Counted from the stretch's first letter, positions 20,250-29,258 are shown. The stretch: DNA of 56,181 nucleotides from a virus (IMGVR_UViG_2565956618_000007); one strand, 5' to 3'. Numbers and translations are program-made. The notes: a model not told the origin generated them from the sequence alone.

Positions 20250-20305
20250 GTCAGGCTGTCAGGCTGTCGGGTCCTCCCGGTGGGGGCCCCTGCCACGGGG
20301 CGGGA
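20250..20305. other. Candidate cos region: three tandem octamers GTCAGGCT/GTCAGGCT/GTCGGGTC followed by a GC-rich element with central GGGGCCCC palindrome and TCCCG…CGGGA inverted arms
   Basis: Read directly; lies about 180-230 bp upstream of the Nu1-like small terminase gene, where lambdoid cos sites sit; no match to lambda cosN recalled. Confidence 0.3.
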
Positions 20306-20480
20306 GCGTCGCGGAAAAAGACTAGTTTTTGCATTTCCATGGCGGCGGCAGCATGTTTGGTAATTTATTGATAATTAAAAGTTATTTCTCTTTTCACCTG
20401 TACAATATTTTTTCTCCCTGTCATTAGACCAGTTTGCAATTAATTGAAATATATAAATAAACCTGATTTTCACCTGCCAG

Positions 20481-21020
20481 ATGGAGTTGCTTATGTCAAA
20501 TGTGAGCGGGATCGGTGATGCTTATTACTGGAGTGTTTTTAAAATCGCCGAGGCCTTTGGGCTTCACCGGGACACAGTAAAAAAACGGCTCCTCGCGGCC
20601 AACACTCCTGTGGCTGCGACTGTCAGGGGGAACCCCGTTTACGCCCTGCAGCATGTCGGGCCCGCCCTGTTTAGTGTGAAGCATGAGGCAGCAGACTCTG
20701 TTCATGATCCATCCCGTATGGAGCCGAAAGAGAGAAAAGACTGGTACCAGTCTGAAAATGAAAGGATCAAGCTGGAAAAGGAGCAGCGAAAACTCATCCC
20801 AGTTGATGAAGTAGTCATCGTCTATTCGTCCATGAGAAAGGCTGTCGTCCAGGTTCTGGAGACAATTCCGGATGTTCTTGAACGCGATTGCGCCCTGACT
20901 CCTCAGGCCGTCGGCGTTGTACAGCAGGCCATTGATGACCTGCGATACACTCTTCAGGAAAAATCCTACGAGGCTTGTGCTGCTGAATTAATTCCTGATG
21001 AGGAAGGAGAGAGTCTCTAG
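20481..21020 (+). CDS. nohA: Terminase small subunit (Nu1/NohA-like)
   Basis: 179-aa product with N-terminal HTH-like segment and acidic C-terminus; immediately upstream of a large-terminase N-terminal fragment. Confidence 0.75.
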   Translation: MELLMSNVSGIGDAYYWSVFKIAEAFGLHRDTVKKRLLAANTPVAATVRGNPVYALQHVGPALFSVKHEAADSVHDPSRMEPKERKDWYQSENERIKLEKEQRKLIPVDEVVIVYSSMRKAVVQVLETIPDVLERDCALTPQAVGVVQQAIDDLRYTLQEKSYEACAAELIPDEEGESL

Positions 21021-21028
21021 GAGGAATA

Positions 21029-21352
21029 ATGGGTTTTTCATCAGCCCGAAATTTGGGAAGGGACATATCGGCAGGATTTTCCCCACCACGTCGCATGCCG
21101 ATTTCGGAGGCTGTTAAAAAATTCATGCGTGTTCCCAAGGGGGCTGGTAACTCGGTGCCATGGGATCCTGAACTGACACCCTACATCATTGAGCCCATGA
21201 ACTGCCTGGCATCGCGTGAATACGATGCGGTGATTTTTGTTGGTCCTGCGCGAACAGGGAAGACCATTGGTCTGATCGATGGATGGATTGTCTATACCAT
21301 CGTTTGCGATCCTTCGGACATGCTCGTTGTGCAGATGACCGAAGATAAGTGA
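21029..21352 (+). pseudogene. Terminase large subunit (GpA-like), N-terminal 107-codon fragment; truncated
   Basis: RBS AGGAGGAATA then ATG; the product ends after …VQMTEDK at the point where Mu-like prophage DNA appears to begin; intact GpA-type terminases exceed 600 aa. Confidence 0.65.
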
Positions 21353-21359
21353 TCAGACA

Positions 21360-21392
21360 TGAGATAAATGAAGGGGGATCCGTGAGATAAAT
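21360..21392. repeat. Direct 10-bp repeats TGAGATAAAT x2 (23-bp spacing) at the prophage end: candidate transposase-binding end repeats
   Basis: Read directly just after the terminase truncation; Mu-type ends carry repeated transposase-binding sites a few bp from the terminus; identity unverified. Confidence 0.3.
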
Positions 21393-21545
21393 AACGAATT
21401 GGAGTGGGTTAACATGGGTTCTGGTGAACAGAACTGAAATTCTTTTCCGCTATACGATAGATAAGTCGGGCATTGAAATCATCCTTCCTGGCAACTTAGA
21501 ATCGAGTTTGCTGAAACATGACCCGCAACAAAAAGGATGATTCCA

Positions 21546-21707
21546 ATGACTACTCAAAACAATAAGCATGATAGCCTGGATTACTCAGAAAAGCCCAAAA
21601 GCAAGCACATCGTGACGTTCGAGCGCGATTCCGGTAGAAAAGGAGAATCGTCTTCCTCTGCCAATAAAACCACTATGCCGGCAGCCCCTGCCCCAGGGAA
21701 AAAATAA
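21546..21707 (+). CDS. Small hydrophilic hypothetical protein
   Basis: 53-aa ORF (below ORF-track cutoff) with RBS AAAAGGA 8 nt upstream; convergent with the membrane-protein gene. Confidence 0.3.
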   Translation: MTTQNNKHDSLDYSEKPKSKHIVTFERDSGRKGESSSSANKTTMPAAPAPGKK

Positions 21708-21710
21708 ACA

Positions 21711-22343
21711 TCATTCATCGTTCGTTGCACGAACGCGCCTGATCTCCACTCTGGCAATCTGATCTGCTGGAATATAGGTTGCCAGAGCTCCCCAGTACTT
21801 ATCAACCACGCCTTTATACTCTTCCCATTCGTTACTGCCTGAAGGGCTGCTGTGCGTGACGTAAAGAACCATATCGCCTTTATTCCCCAGGGTAAACGGA
21901 CCGTTAGGCCACTCTTCAAAGTTCCCTGGCAGCCGTGACATCATACCGGAACCATCGCGAAGAATCACTCTGACCTCGGTAACGCTGAAGCCTGTTTGAT
22001 CAAACATTGCCTGCCATGCTGAGCTGGTATCGTCAGACCATGAAACATCATTATTCCACAGTAATCTGTACATCCATTTGCGACCGTACCTGCGCCACCA
22101 CGCACCGCATGTAACGGCACACAGAAGTGCTGGTGGTGTTGCCAGCCAGGCATTCAGACCTGCCCACATAACAGCCTGGTAAGCCATCATTGCTGTCAGG
22201 CCAAAAATCAGCGAAGAAAAAGTCACCTCAATGGGCTTGTGGTGATCCTTCAGTCCCACATTCGCAATAAAATACCCAATATAGCCACTGGTCAGGGTCA
22301 CCAGTGTTGCCCATGGCAGATTTAACAACGAAACGTCAAACAT
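21711..22343 (-). CDS. Membrane protein with three N-terminal TM helices and a soluble C-terminal domain; candidate moron (superinfection exclusion?)
   Basis: 210-aa product from MFDVSLLNLPWATLVTLTSGYIGYF… with RBS AGGGAGA; separated from Mor by an intrinsic terminator; last gene before the prophage end. Confidence 0.7.
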   Translation of the reverse strand: MFDVSLLNLPWATLVTLTSGYIGYFIANVGLKDHHKPIEVTFSSLIFGLTAMMAYQAVMWAGLNAWLATPPALLCAVTCGAWWRRYGRKWMYRLLWNNDVSWSDDTSSAWQAMFDQTGFSVTEVRVILRDGSGMMSRLPGNFEEWPNGPFTLGNKGDMVLYVTHSSPSGSNEWEEYKGVVDKYWGALATYIPADQIARVEIRRVRATNDE

Positions 22344-22381
22344 ATTTTCTCCCTGCATCCTGAATACTAAAGAGAGAGCAT

Positions 22382-22411
22382 AAAAAAAGCACGGTAAGGG
22401 GTCTACCGTGC
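22382..22411 (-). terminator. Intrinsic terminator downstream of mor (minus strand)
   Basis: Stem GCACGGTA/TACCGTGC with 7-nt loop, followed on the minus strand by a run of seven U. Confidence 0.6.
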
Positions 22412-22457
22412 TTTTATACAATAAGGAGATTTTTGAAAGGACTTTAACAAGCAGGAA

Positions 22458-22856
22458 TTATCTGGATTTGTTAACGTCTTTCGTCTCCTCTGGCAGATCT
22501 TCATCAAACAACCTGCCCTGCATCCGATCCAGTTCTTCTTTTCTGACCCGCTTAACCACGCTGTAGACCCACTGAAGCGAAACACCAAACTTGCGGGCCA
22601 GTTCGTGGTGGTTGCGTCCGTTAAACTCCCTGAAGATTTCCCGGTCGCGCTGACTGACCTTCCATACCATGCCCATCGGGAAATAAACGTTTTGCCCGCC
22701 CCAGACCTGCATCATTCGGTTCGCGACGGCCTGACCAATCTGGTCGGCAATTGCGGGCTCAATATCAATAATCTCGCGAACGGTCTCAGAGGTATGCTGT
22801 GCCAGCTCCACCAGGAGTTCCGGCCCTTTACTTCGAAACTGATTCAGGTCGCTCAT
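22458..22856 (-). CDS. mor: Mor-family middle transcription activator
   Basis: 132-aa product; C-terminal …WGGQNVYFPMGMVWKVSQRDREIFREFNGRNHHELARKFGVSLQWVYSVVKRVR aligns with remembered Mu Mor. Confidence 0.85.
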   Translation of the reverse strand: MSDLNQFRSKGPELLVELAQHTSETVREIIDIEPAIADQIGQAVANRMMQVWGGQNVYFPMGMVWKVSQRDREIFREFNGRNHHELARKFGVSLQWVYSVVKRVRKEELDRMQGRLFDEDLPEETKDVNKSR

Positions 22857-23277
22857 GTTTTACTCCCGCAGCTCTGTGCTGCCACTTCTTCAGTTTCTCA
22901 ATAACACTGCTTGCCTGTTCAGTATTGAGCCAGCGCAGGGCGCTGATGCCCGTTTCCCGCTTGATCCACCGCGCTAATGCATTTTCTGAACGGTCACGAA
23001 CAATGCCGGCAGCAGCCATTTCAAGCCATAGCGCACGAATTTTCCTGGACTGCGGATGGTTATCCAGCGGTAAACCGGAGCTGGCTTTTCTGGCTGGTTT
23101 AACGCGAAAGCCTTTCTTTTTCATGGATTCCAGCACGCAGTTTAGTTGTGTGGTATCCATTCCTTTGGTTGAGGCTTTACCGGTCAGCCCCTGTAACATC
23201 TGGCGGTAGGTGTCTTCATCCATACCCAGTTCATTACGGGCAATATGGATAAGCTGTATCAGGCGTTTTTTCTGCAT
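22828..23277 (-). CDS. GemA-like (Mu gp16 family) protein
   Basis: 149-aa ORF overlapping mor by 29 nt; position and size as Mu gemA; assignment tentative. Confidence 0.55.
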   Translation of the reverse strand: MQKKRLIQLIHIARNELGMDEDTYRQMLQGLTGKASTKGMDTTQLNCVLESMKKKGFRVKPARKASSGLPLDNHPQSRKIRALWLEMAAAGIVRDRSENALARWIKRETGISALRWLNTEQASSVIEKLKKWQHRAAGVKHERPESVSK

Positions 23278-23278
23278 A

Positions 23279-23485
23279 TCATCTCCTTTTTTTCAGTCTG
23301 TCGGCAACAATGTCGGTTGCAGCTGGCAGGGTGACTGGCCAGAACAACATGACGGCGGTCATGTACAGGATGTAATGCGCGGTGTCGTAGTGCCTGCCAT
23401 AGCCCAGGGAACGATGAAGTCTTGCGCTGCATGATCCTGCGTACATATACCAGAAAAGAAAACAGACAATGGTTTCAGTAGTCAT
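23279..23485 (-). CDS. Small membrane protein
   Basis: 68-aa product from internal Met (MTTETIVCFLFWYMYAGS…) with two hydrophobic segments. Confidence 0.45.
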   Translation of the reverse strand: MTTETIVCFLFWYMYAGSCSARLHRSLGYGRHYDTAHYILYMTAVMLFWPVTLPAATDIVADRLKKRR

Positions 23486-23705
23486 TCTGAATACCTCCCC
23501 ATTCGATATGAATATTACGGGCAGCAATGACAGGGTCGTTATTCCACCATGCACCTGACATGTATTTTTCAACCTGTTCGCGTCCGGCAATAACACCAAT
23601 TGTGATCCCCGGCCTGACGTTCTTAAAAAAGGCGCGGGCAAAAAGGTATCTGGCAGATATTCGGCAGGCTTTTAATTTCCGGCTGTTACCTGATAGCGTA
23701 ATCAT
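23475..23705 (-). CDS. Hypothetical early protein
   Basis: 76-aa ORF; start overlaps the upstream stop (ATGA coupling). Confidence 0.45.
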   Translation of the reverse strand: MITLSGNSRKLKACRISARYLFARAFFKNVRPGITIGVIAGREQVEKYMSGAWWNNDPVIAARNIHIEWGGIQNDY

Positions 23706-24385
23706 CTGGCCTCCAGTTTCTGTTGTTCCTGCCCACTGACCGGGCGGTGCAGTCTGACGTTCTGCCCTTCACGAAACCCCGCATAGCGCGAGGCGTCGCC
23801 ATTGCGGCTTCTTCCCGGTTTACGCGCCCTGGTGGTTTGCGTCTGCGGGTATTTATGTTCCAGCCACTGTTGCATCAGTTCACGCTCATCATCGGTCAGG
23901 GCAAAGGACTGTATTTCACTGATAACGGCCAGTACCCAGCCTTCAGCAAACTGGTCTCCACGGCTGGTACGGGTGGCGTTTTTTATTCTTTTGTTCTGTG
24001 CGCTGATATACTGCTGACGCGCCTTTTTCAGCTGGCGGACCAGCACTTCCCAGGTGTACGCAGCCAGTGCCGCTCGTTCCCGGTTACCGTAGAACCCCAC
24101 AGACGGATGCGTGCCGGGGTGAATGATGGAGTTAACACCAAATGCCTCGCGGATGATGTTCATCAGGCCCAGCATGTAGCGCGGTGGACGGAGACTGCCT
24201 GTCGGCCAGTAATGACTGATGGTTTCATCAATATCACTCATAGCAATGTCGGAATGTGTGATGCCGTGAACATCCATCAGTTTACGGGCTCGGCGCAGTG
24301 CCAGAGCGGCCTCGTGCGGGTTGCCGGATGCGGCCAGCGCCAGCAACTTTTTCAGTTTCTCAATGTGTTTATTCTGGTCTGTCAT
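23702..24385 (-). CDS. Hypothetical early protein (DUF2786-like N-terminus)
   Basis: 227-aa product from MTDQNKHIEKLKKLLALAASGNPHEAALAL…; ATGA overlap with upstream gene. Confidence 0.6.
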   Translation of the reverse strand: MTDQNKHIEKLKKLLALAASGNPHEAALALRRARKLMDVHGITHSDIAMSDIDETISHYWPTGSLRPPRYMLGLMNIIREAFGVNSIIHPGTHPSVGFYGNRERAALAAYTWEVLVRQLKKARQQYISAQNKRIKNATRTSRGDQFAEGWVLAVISEIQSFALTDDERELMQQWLEHKYPQTQTTRARKPGRSRNGDASRYAGFREGQNVRLHRPVSGQEQQKLEAR

Positions 24386-24597
24386 TGTTCTGTATCTCCG
24401 GTATTTTTCTGCCGTTTCCATGCCCGGACAGCGTCGGACAGCTCTTTCAGGCTGTATGCTGCTTTAAGCTTTTCCCATAACCACTGTGTTGTTATGTGCA
24501 TCAGCAGGGCAGCCAGGGCTGCCCCCGCACTGAGGCATGTCGCCAGGCCAGTAAGAATCAGTGTCCATGCGGTGATTTCCCTGAGTATGTCAGCCAT
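24382..24597 (-). CDS. Small membrane protein
   Basis: 71-aa ORF with one central hydrophobic helix. Confidence 0.5.
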   Translation of the reverse strand: MADILREITAWTLILTGLATCLSAGAALAALLMHITTQWLWEKLKAAYSLKELSDAVRAWKRQKNTGDTEQ

Positions 24598-24611
24598 TGA
24601 ATGCCTCCCGG

Positions 24612-24908
24612 TTACTCGTTCGTGTAAATCACGCCCAGTCGTGCAGCCAGACGTTCCAGTTTTTTCTGTTTGTGGAAGTCAATCAGCCGGTCCATCCCCT
24701 GAAGGCGCAGTTGCTCTGTCATGATTTCCACGTCTGCCAGCTCTGCCGCGAGGTCACTTTCGCTGCCCTGTCCGTTCAGATTGCGGGCAGCACTGGCCGC
24801 CAGTTCAGCGGCCTCTTCTGTCAGTTTCAGGGCCTGTGCGTCCGGCCCGAAACGCTGCAGGGCCAGACGGTAGAGGGCGGTGCGGGTGAGTTCGGTGTTT
24901 CGTGTCAT
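24612..24908 (-). CDS. MazG-like nucleotide pyrophosphohydrolase domain protein
   Basis: 98-aa all-alpha product with EEAAEL…E…DL..ELADV acidic motifs typical of small MazG/HisE-type NTP-PPases. Confidence 0.6.
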   Translation of the reverse strand: MTRNTELTRTALYRLALQRFGPDAQALKLTEEAAELAASAARNLNGQGSESDLAAELADVEIMTEQLRLQGMDRLIDFHKQKKLERLAARLGVIYTNE

Positions 24909-24917
24909 GCCGCGCCC

Positions 24918-25190
24918 TCAGTGCTTCCGGCTGACGGTGATGTGCAGGCCGCCTTCTGCAGTGGTTTCCATCCGGTACGGCACCTCATGCTCTGCCGTGT
25001 GGGTGAGTGTGTTCATCAGTACCTGCAGGGCAGCCTCCTTTCCGTTGGTCGCCACAATGGCCTGTGTGGCCATGCTGATTAGCGCCGTCAGGACGTGCTT
25101 CACATCGGTGAGGTCGCGGCATTCACACTCGTTGACATAGTGTTCAACAAGAGTTCGGGTGCGCTGTCGTGCTTCCTGTGGGGTAATCAT
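24918..25190 (-). CDS. Hypothetical early protein
   Basis: 90-aa ORF in the early operon. Confidence 0.5.
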   Translation of the reverse strand: MITPQEARQRTRTLVEHYVNECECRDLTDVKHVLTALISMATQAIVATNGKEAALQVLMNTLTHTAEHEVPYRMETTAEGGLHITVSRKH

Positions 25191-25381
25191 TGCGCGTCCT
25201 CCCTGTCAGGGCGGGAGAATTCTATGACGGGCACGTCCGCCGAAAAATGCTGGCTGCAGTACGGGCAGACCAGGGTGACACGTACTGCAGGTATGTGATA
25301 CTTACCGGACATCACGGCGATGGCGCTGTGAAAACGCAGGGCTGTTATATCCCTCTCGCACTGAATACATTTAAATATCAT
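25187..25381 (-). CDS. Small zinc-ribbon protein
   Basis: 64-aa ORF with CxxC…CPYC motifs. Confidence 0.5.
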   Translation of the reverse strand: MIFKCIQCERDITALRFHSAIAVMSGKYHIPAVRVTLVCPYCSQHFSADVPVIEFSRPDREDAQ

Positions 25382-25478
25382 AATTTAATTCTCCTCTGTT
25401 TCCGGCGTGCAGAAGCCCGCGGCGCTGACGCCGGAATAAAAAAGAAAATGTTTTTATTAAATAATTAACGTGGTGTGT

Positions 25479-26009
25479 TTACTGCACATCCTGCTCAAAA
25501 GGAATTATTGAAAAATCCTCAATATCACTTTTTATGGTAATACCGGGAATATTTTTCACAGCCTCTTTTTCATTCAGAATGGCATCTTTATTTATTTCCT
25601 CCTTTACACGAATAAAGCGCTCAAGCCCCAGACGTCTCAGTAATTCAATAACATTATCCGCCCCGCGAATGCTGACTGACGGCGGACGGTTTCGCCACTG
25701 CACCTCGCCGGTGGTGAGGTTAGCGAACTTCACCTTCCCGTTGCCGGTCAGTTCATCACGGTGCGCCTCACACCATGTCTGGATACCGGACTGCAGTTCG
25801 GCCATGCGTTTTTTCAGGCTCTCGGTGAGCGGGGCATAACGTGCAGTGATGTCGCCAATGGTGTCATTCATTTCTGTTTCAGCCCTGACCAGTTCACGTT
25901 GCGCGTCACCAAGCAGTCTGATTCCCTCAATGACCTCTTCGCGTGTCCCCGGCACCCAGAGTGCTGCTGCGGCTTTGATACGTTTTGCCCCTTTTGTACT
26001 TTTTGCCAT
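25479..26009 (-). CDS. gam: Gam-like host-nuclease inhibitor (Mu Gam family)
   Basis: 176-aa product; …ETEMNDTIGDIT…WCEAHRDELT…PPSVSIRG…GITIKSDIEDFSIIPFEQ closely matches remembered Mu Gam. Confidence 0.9.
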   Translation of the reverse strand: MAKSTKGAKRIKAAAALWVPGTREEVIEGIRLLGDAQRELVRAETEMNDTIGDITARYAPLTESLKKRMAELQSGIQTWCEAHRDELTGNGKVKFANLTTGEVQWRNRPPSVSIRGADNVIELLRRLGLERFIRVKEEINKDAILNEKEAVKNIPGITIKSDIEDFSIIPFEQDVQ

Positions 26010-26036
26010 ATTTTATGACTCCTCCTGTTGTGCTGA

Positions 26037-26306
26037 TTACCACAAAGATTCCGGCCACACGACGCGACAGCCGTGCAGTTCGAAAACGCCCTGACGGAAA
26101 TGTCCCCTGTGGTCATGACCGGTATACAGATAACAGGCCTTTCCCTGCTCAAGCATGCGCATGCAATGCGCACTCCGGGAAACGCGGATGACAGGTTTGT
26201 TACCCCTGATGGTGATGCTTTGTACATCCGTGTTCGTCGCCTTAAGCGCCATAATGGCTGACTGCACTTTGCTGATTTGCTGGTTGATACCTGTGGTGGA
26301 TTTCAT
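26037..26306 (-). CDS. Hypothetical early protein (kil-region position)
   Basis: 89-aa ORF between B and gam. Confidence 0.5.
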   Translation of the reverse strand: MKSTTGINQQISKVQSAIMALKATNTDVQSITIRGNKPVIRVSRSAHCMRMLEQGKACYLYTGHDHRGHFRQGVFELHGCRVVWPESLW

Positions 26307-26308
26307 TA

Positions 26309-27475
26309 TTAAACCCCTTTGACAACGTCAGCGTTGACCTGTGGAACCCCGATTTCAGCGGCCAGATTCATGGCGGCTATTACCAGGTTACTGACGGCCA
26401 GCGGATACAGCAGGCTGACCATATTTTTACGATGACTTCCCGGATTGCTCAGGCGGGCACGTATGGCATCCACTGCGCTGGCGTCCATAATGTCCGTCAG
26501 TTGTTTACCGGCCCGTTGCAGTTTGAACGTCAGAAACTCTTCAAGGTTATTGTCCAGAGGCAGAAGTTCGACCACCTCACAGCGCTGAACGACTTCACGG
26601 ACTTCCATATTGCGTTCAGACAGTTTTGTCGCCAGTTCCGGCTGGCCAATCAGCACGATGGACAGCAGTTTTTTGAAACCGGACTCCAGCTCAAAAAAGC
26701 GTTTGAGGTGTTTCAGTGTCGGAATGGGCAGACTGTGGGCCTCCTCAATCACCAGAACGTGGCTGAACCCCGCCTGGCTGCTGTCTTTCAGGACGCGATG
26801 CAACTGGCGAAAGCGGGCGTCCTGACTGCGTCTGATGCTTTCCAGTGGTGCGATGGTACTGATAATGGCTTCGGCAATCGCTGCTGCCTTCAGGGTTTTC
26901 CCTTTCACATCGTTGTCTTCCATAGCGATGATGTATGGCTCGATAACAATTACCGGCGCATTCTCGCGGTTGATACGTTCAGTCAGGTCGCGGCGCAGCG
27001 TGGATTTACCCGCACCGGACTCACCGATGACGGCCATAAACCCACCATGACGGGCTGTCTGGTACAACGCCTCACGCACGTAGCGAATATCCGGGGTGGT
27101 GAACACATCATCAGAACCCTGCATGGCTTCGTCGGCGAACGGGTCACGGAAAAGACCAAACGCTTTTTTGGTTGCTGGAAATAACACCTGTTTTTTGAGT
27201 AACATATTCTCTTCCTCACTGAGGCTCGTTTTATCTGTGGTACCCGCTGTACGGGGCGTGGCCGCGCCCTGTACAGCATCAAAACTCTTCGTTGTATCAA
27301 TCCCCTGACTTTCCAGCCAGGACGCAAGACGCCGGCGCACTTCTCCGGGGCTGGTGCGGGGCCACGCGTTATGATTCACAATCTGGGCCAGCGTGGCCTC
27401 AGAAACATCGACAGCTCTCGCCACCACCGCCTGTGGAATACGGGCCTCTTTCAGTTGCTGCTTCAGTACCAGCAT
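26309..27475 (-). CDS. Mu B-like transposition ATPase (AAA+)
   Basis: Start at MLVLKQQLK with RBS GAGGAGGG; N-terminal HTH, Walker A VIGESGAGKST, Walker B-like VLVIEEAH; directly downstream of the transposase. Confidence 0.85.
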   Translation of the reverse strand: MLVLKQQLKEARIPQAVVARAVDVSEATLAQIVNHNAWPRTSPGEVRRRLASWLESQGIDTTKSFDAVQGAATPRTAGTTDKTSLSEEENMLLKKQVLFPATKKAFGLFRDPFADEAMQGSDDVFTTPDIRYVREALYQTARHGGFMAVIGESGAGKSTLRRDLTERINRENAPVIVIEPYIIAMEDNDVKGKTLKAAAIAEAIISTIAPLESIRRSQDARFRQLHRVLKDSSQAGFSHVLVIEEAHSLPIPTLKHLKRFFELESGFKKLLSIVLIGQPELATKLSERNMEVREVVQRCEVVELLPLDNNLEEFLTFKLQRAGKQLTDIMDASAVDAIRARLSNPGSHRKNMVSLLYPLAVSNLVIAAMNLAAEIGVPQVNADVVKGV

Positions 27476-27485
27476 GTTTCCCTCC

Positions 27486-29255
27486 TCAGTTGCCGTTAAC
27501 AATGCTGATAACACTGCTGCTGGCCGGTGTGGTCAGCGTGGCCATGACTTCATCCAGTGCGGCTTCCGGTACGCCGTCCGGGTACTGTGCCGTTAACTGG
27601 CGGTAATGTTCCGGCGTCCAGGTAAGGCCGTCGGCGCTGAACTTATCGCGCAGGGCTTTCGCGGCCTCCACATGAGTCATGGGACGTTGTTCAGTGCGCG
27701 GCCCGCGTACGTCAGAGGCCTGACCACGCTTCGGCATATAGGCCGGAAGTGTGGTGTCGTCGATATGTTTATACGGGTCAAGCCGCCCGCCGAACGGCAG
27801 CGCCTTCGCCTTGCGTGCGGCGGCTGCATCTGCGGCGTTGTCTGTACCGGTAACCAGCGCTTCAGTTTCTTTTGCCGCCATCTGTGCCGGGGTTTCCGGC
27901 AGGGCTTTGTAACTTTCGCCAAATACCGCCGCGCCTTCAGCAAAGCCAAACTCGTTCTTTCTGACCTCTTCGACCAGGAAGAACGTCTCGTGGCCGTCCT
28001 CACCGGTCAGAACCACCTGTGCCACATCGCTGCGCCATGGGTTACGGGTAATCATCAGTTTTTCACCAACCAGTACGCCCGGTACCGTTGATACGTCAAA
28101 TTCAGTGCCCCGGAACGAGACACGAAGTTTTGGCGTGACTTTGCGGAGTTCTGGTGCCGCCACAGCCAGTTCACGACATACCTCAACGGAAGGCGCTTTT
28201 TTCAGCTGCTCAGCAGTAATCTTCAGCCAGATATCCGTGCGGGTTTTACCGTGGCGGCTGTGAACAGCCGTGGCGTTAAAGTGGCTGCGCCATTTCGCGG
28301 CCAGCGCGTTGAGTTCTTCCAGACTGTGAACCGGCCGGAACTTCAGACCCGGCTCCAGCTTGCGTTCGATAATGTCCCGCGCCTTTTCCACCTGTCCGGT
28401 GGCGCGGGCGTTATGCGGCTTGTGCGCTATCAGGTCAATGCCCAGTGAGCGGCACATGTTTTTCGTCATACCCGCGGTGTTTGCCGAGCCGGGGTCGAGA
28501 TAGAGTATTTTTGGCACGCCGTGCAGCACGTCTGCGCCGCCACGCTCCTGCATGGCGTTGATAAGCACAGAACACAGGTTCTCACCGGATTCCGCACCCG
28601 TCACATACTCAACGTAAATCCAGCCGCTGGCATGGTCGGTAATCTCATAACTCCACACGCGGTCACTGGCGATACGGGCAAGGTTAGCGGGCTTGTTCTT
28701 GTAGAATTTCGCGCTGTCCATCACCTGCAGCCCTTTGTGTCCATTGCTCAGGTAGTAAAGCGTGCAGAGCGAGGCATCAATCTGCCAGACGTGATTGGGA
28801 TGCAGACTGGCCACTTCGGTATGCGGCGCAGGGGCATCCAGTTGTTCCGGGTGCAGGCCATAGTTACGCAGGGCACGGCTGATGGCATCTTCGGACAACG
28901 GGAAAAACTCACCGGTGGTTTCATCTGTTCTGCCTGCGGAGATAAAGCCGTTAGCCCGCAGGGTTTCCACTGCATCTGCGATGGAATAGAGACGCTTACC
29001 GTTCTTGCGGGTGGCCTCACGCAGTGTGGCAGATATCAGCGCGGCTTCGTCGCGGGTCAGGGCGCTGCGCCCGGCATCGGCGCGTTTTTTGCGTTTATCA
29101 GTCACAGAGACCTCCTTCAGCCTGCGCAGCAGAGTGGCGCGGGACATGCCAAGTTCAGCACAGGCAGCGTCGTATATTGCACCGCGTTTACCATGCCCCG
29201 CGTCACGTGCCGCGCGGGCGACATAAACCAGTCGTTCAGTCAGGGCAGCATTCAT
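27486..29255 (-). CDS. Mu A-like DDE transposase
   Basis: 589-aa product with N-terminal DNA-binding region and rve-type core (…HVWQIDAS…LYLDPGSAN… and a downstream E). Confidence 0.9.
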   Translation of the reverse strand: MNAALTERLVYVARAARDAGHGKRGAIYDAACAELGMSRATLLRRLKEVSVTDKRKKRADAGRSALTRDEAALISATLREATRKNGKRLYSIADAVETLRANGFISAGRTDETTGEFFPLSEDAISRALRNYGLHPEQLDAPAPHTEVASLHPNHVWQIDASLCTLYYLSNGHKGLQVMDSAKFYKNKPANLARIASDRVWSYEITDHASGWIYVEYVTGAESGENLCSVLINAMQERGGADVLHGVPKILYLDPGSANTAGMTKNMCRSLGIDLIAHKPHNARATGQVEKARDIIERKLEPGLKFRPVHSLEELNALAAKWRSHFNATAVHSRHGKTRTDIWLKITAEQLKKAPSVEVCRELAVAAPELRKVTPKLRVSFRGTEFDVSTVPGVLVGEKLMITRNPWRSDVAQVVLTGEDGHETFFLVEEVRKNEFGFAEGAAVFGESYKALPETPAQMAAKETEALVTGTDNAADAAAARKAKALPFGGRLDPYKHIDDTTLPAYMPKRGQASDVRGPRTEQRPMTHVEAAKALRDKFSADGLTWTPEHYRQLTAQYPDGVPEAALDEVMATLTTPASSSVISIVNGN

Positions 29256-29258
29256 TGG

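Noticed and set aside
26432-27184. 250-aa plus-strand ORF
   Set aside because: Antisense to the Mu B-like ATPase gene, which has clear Walker motifs and an RBS; no start context.
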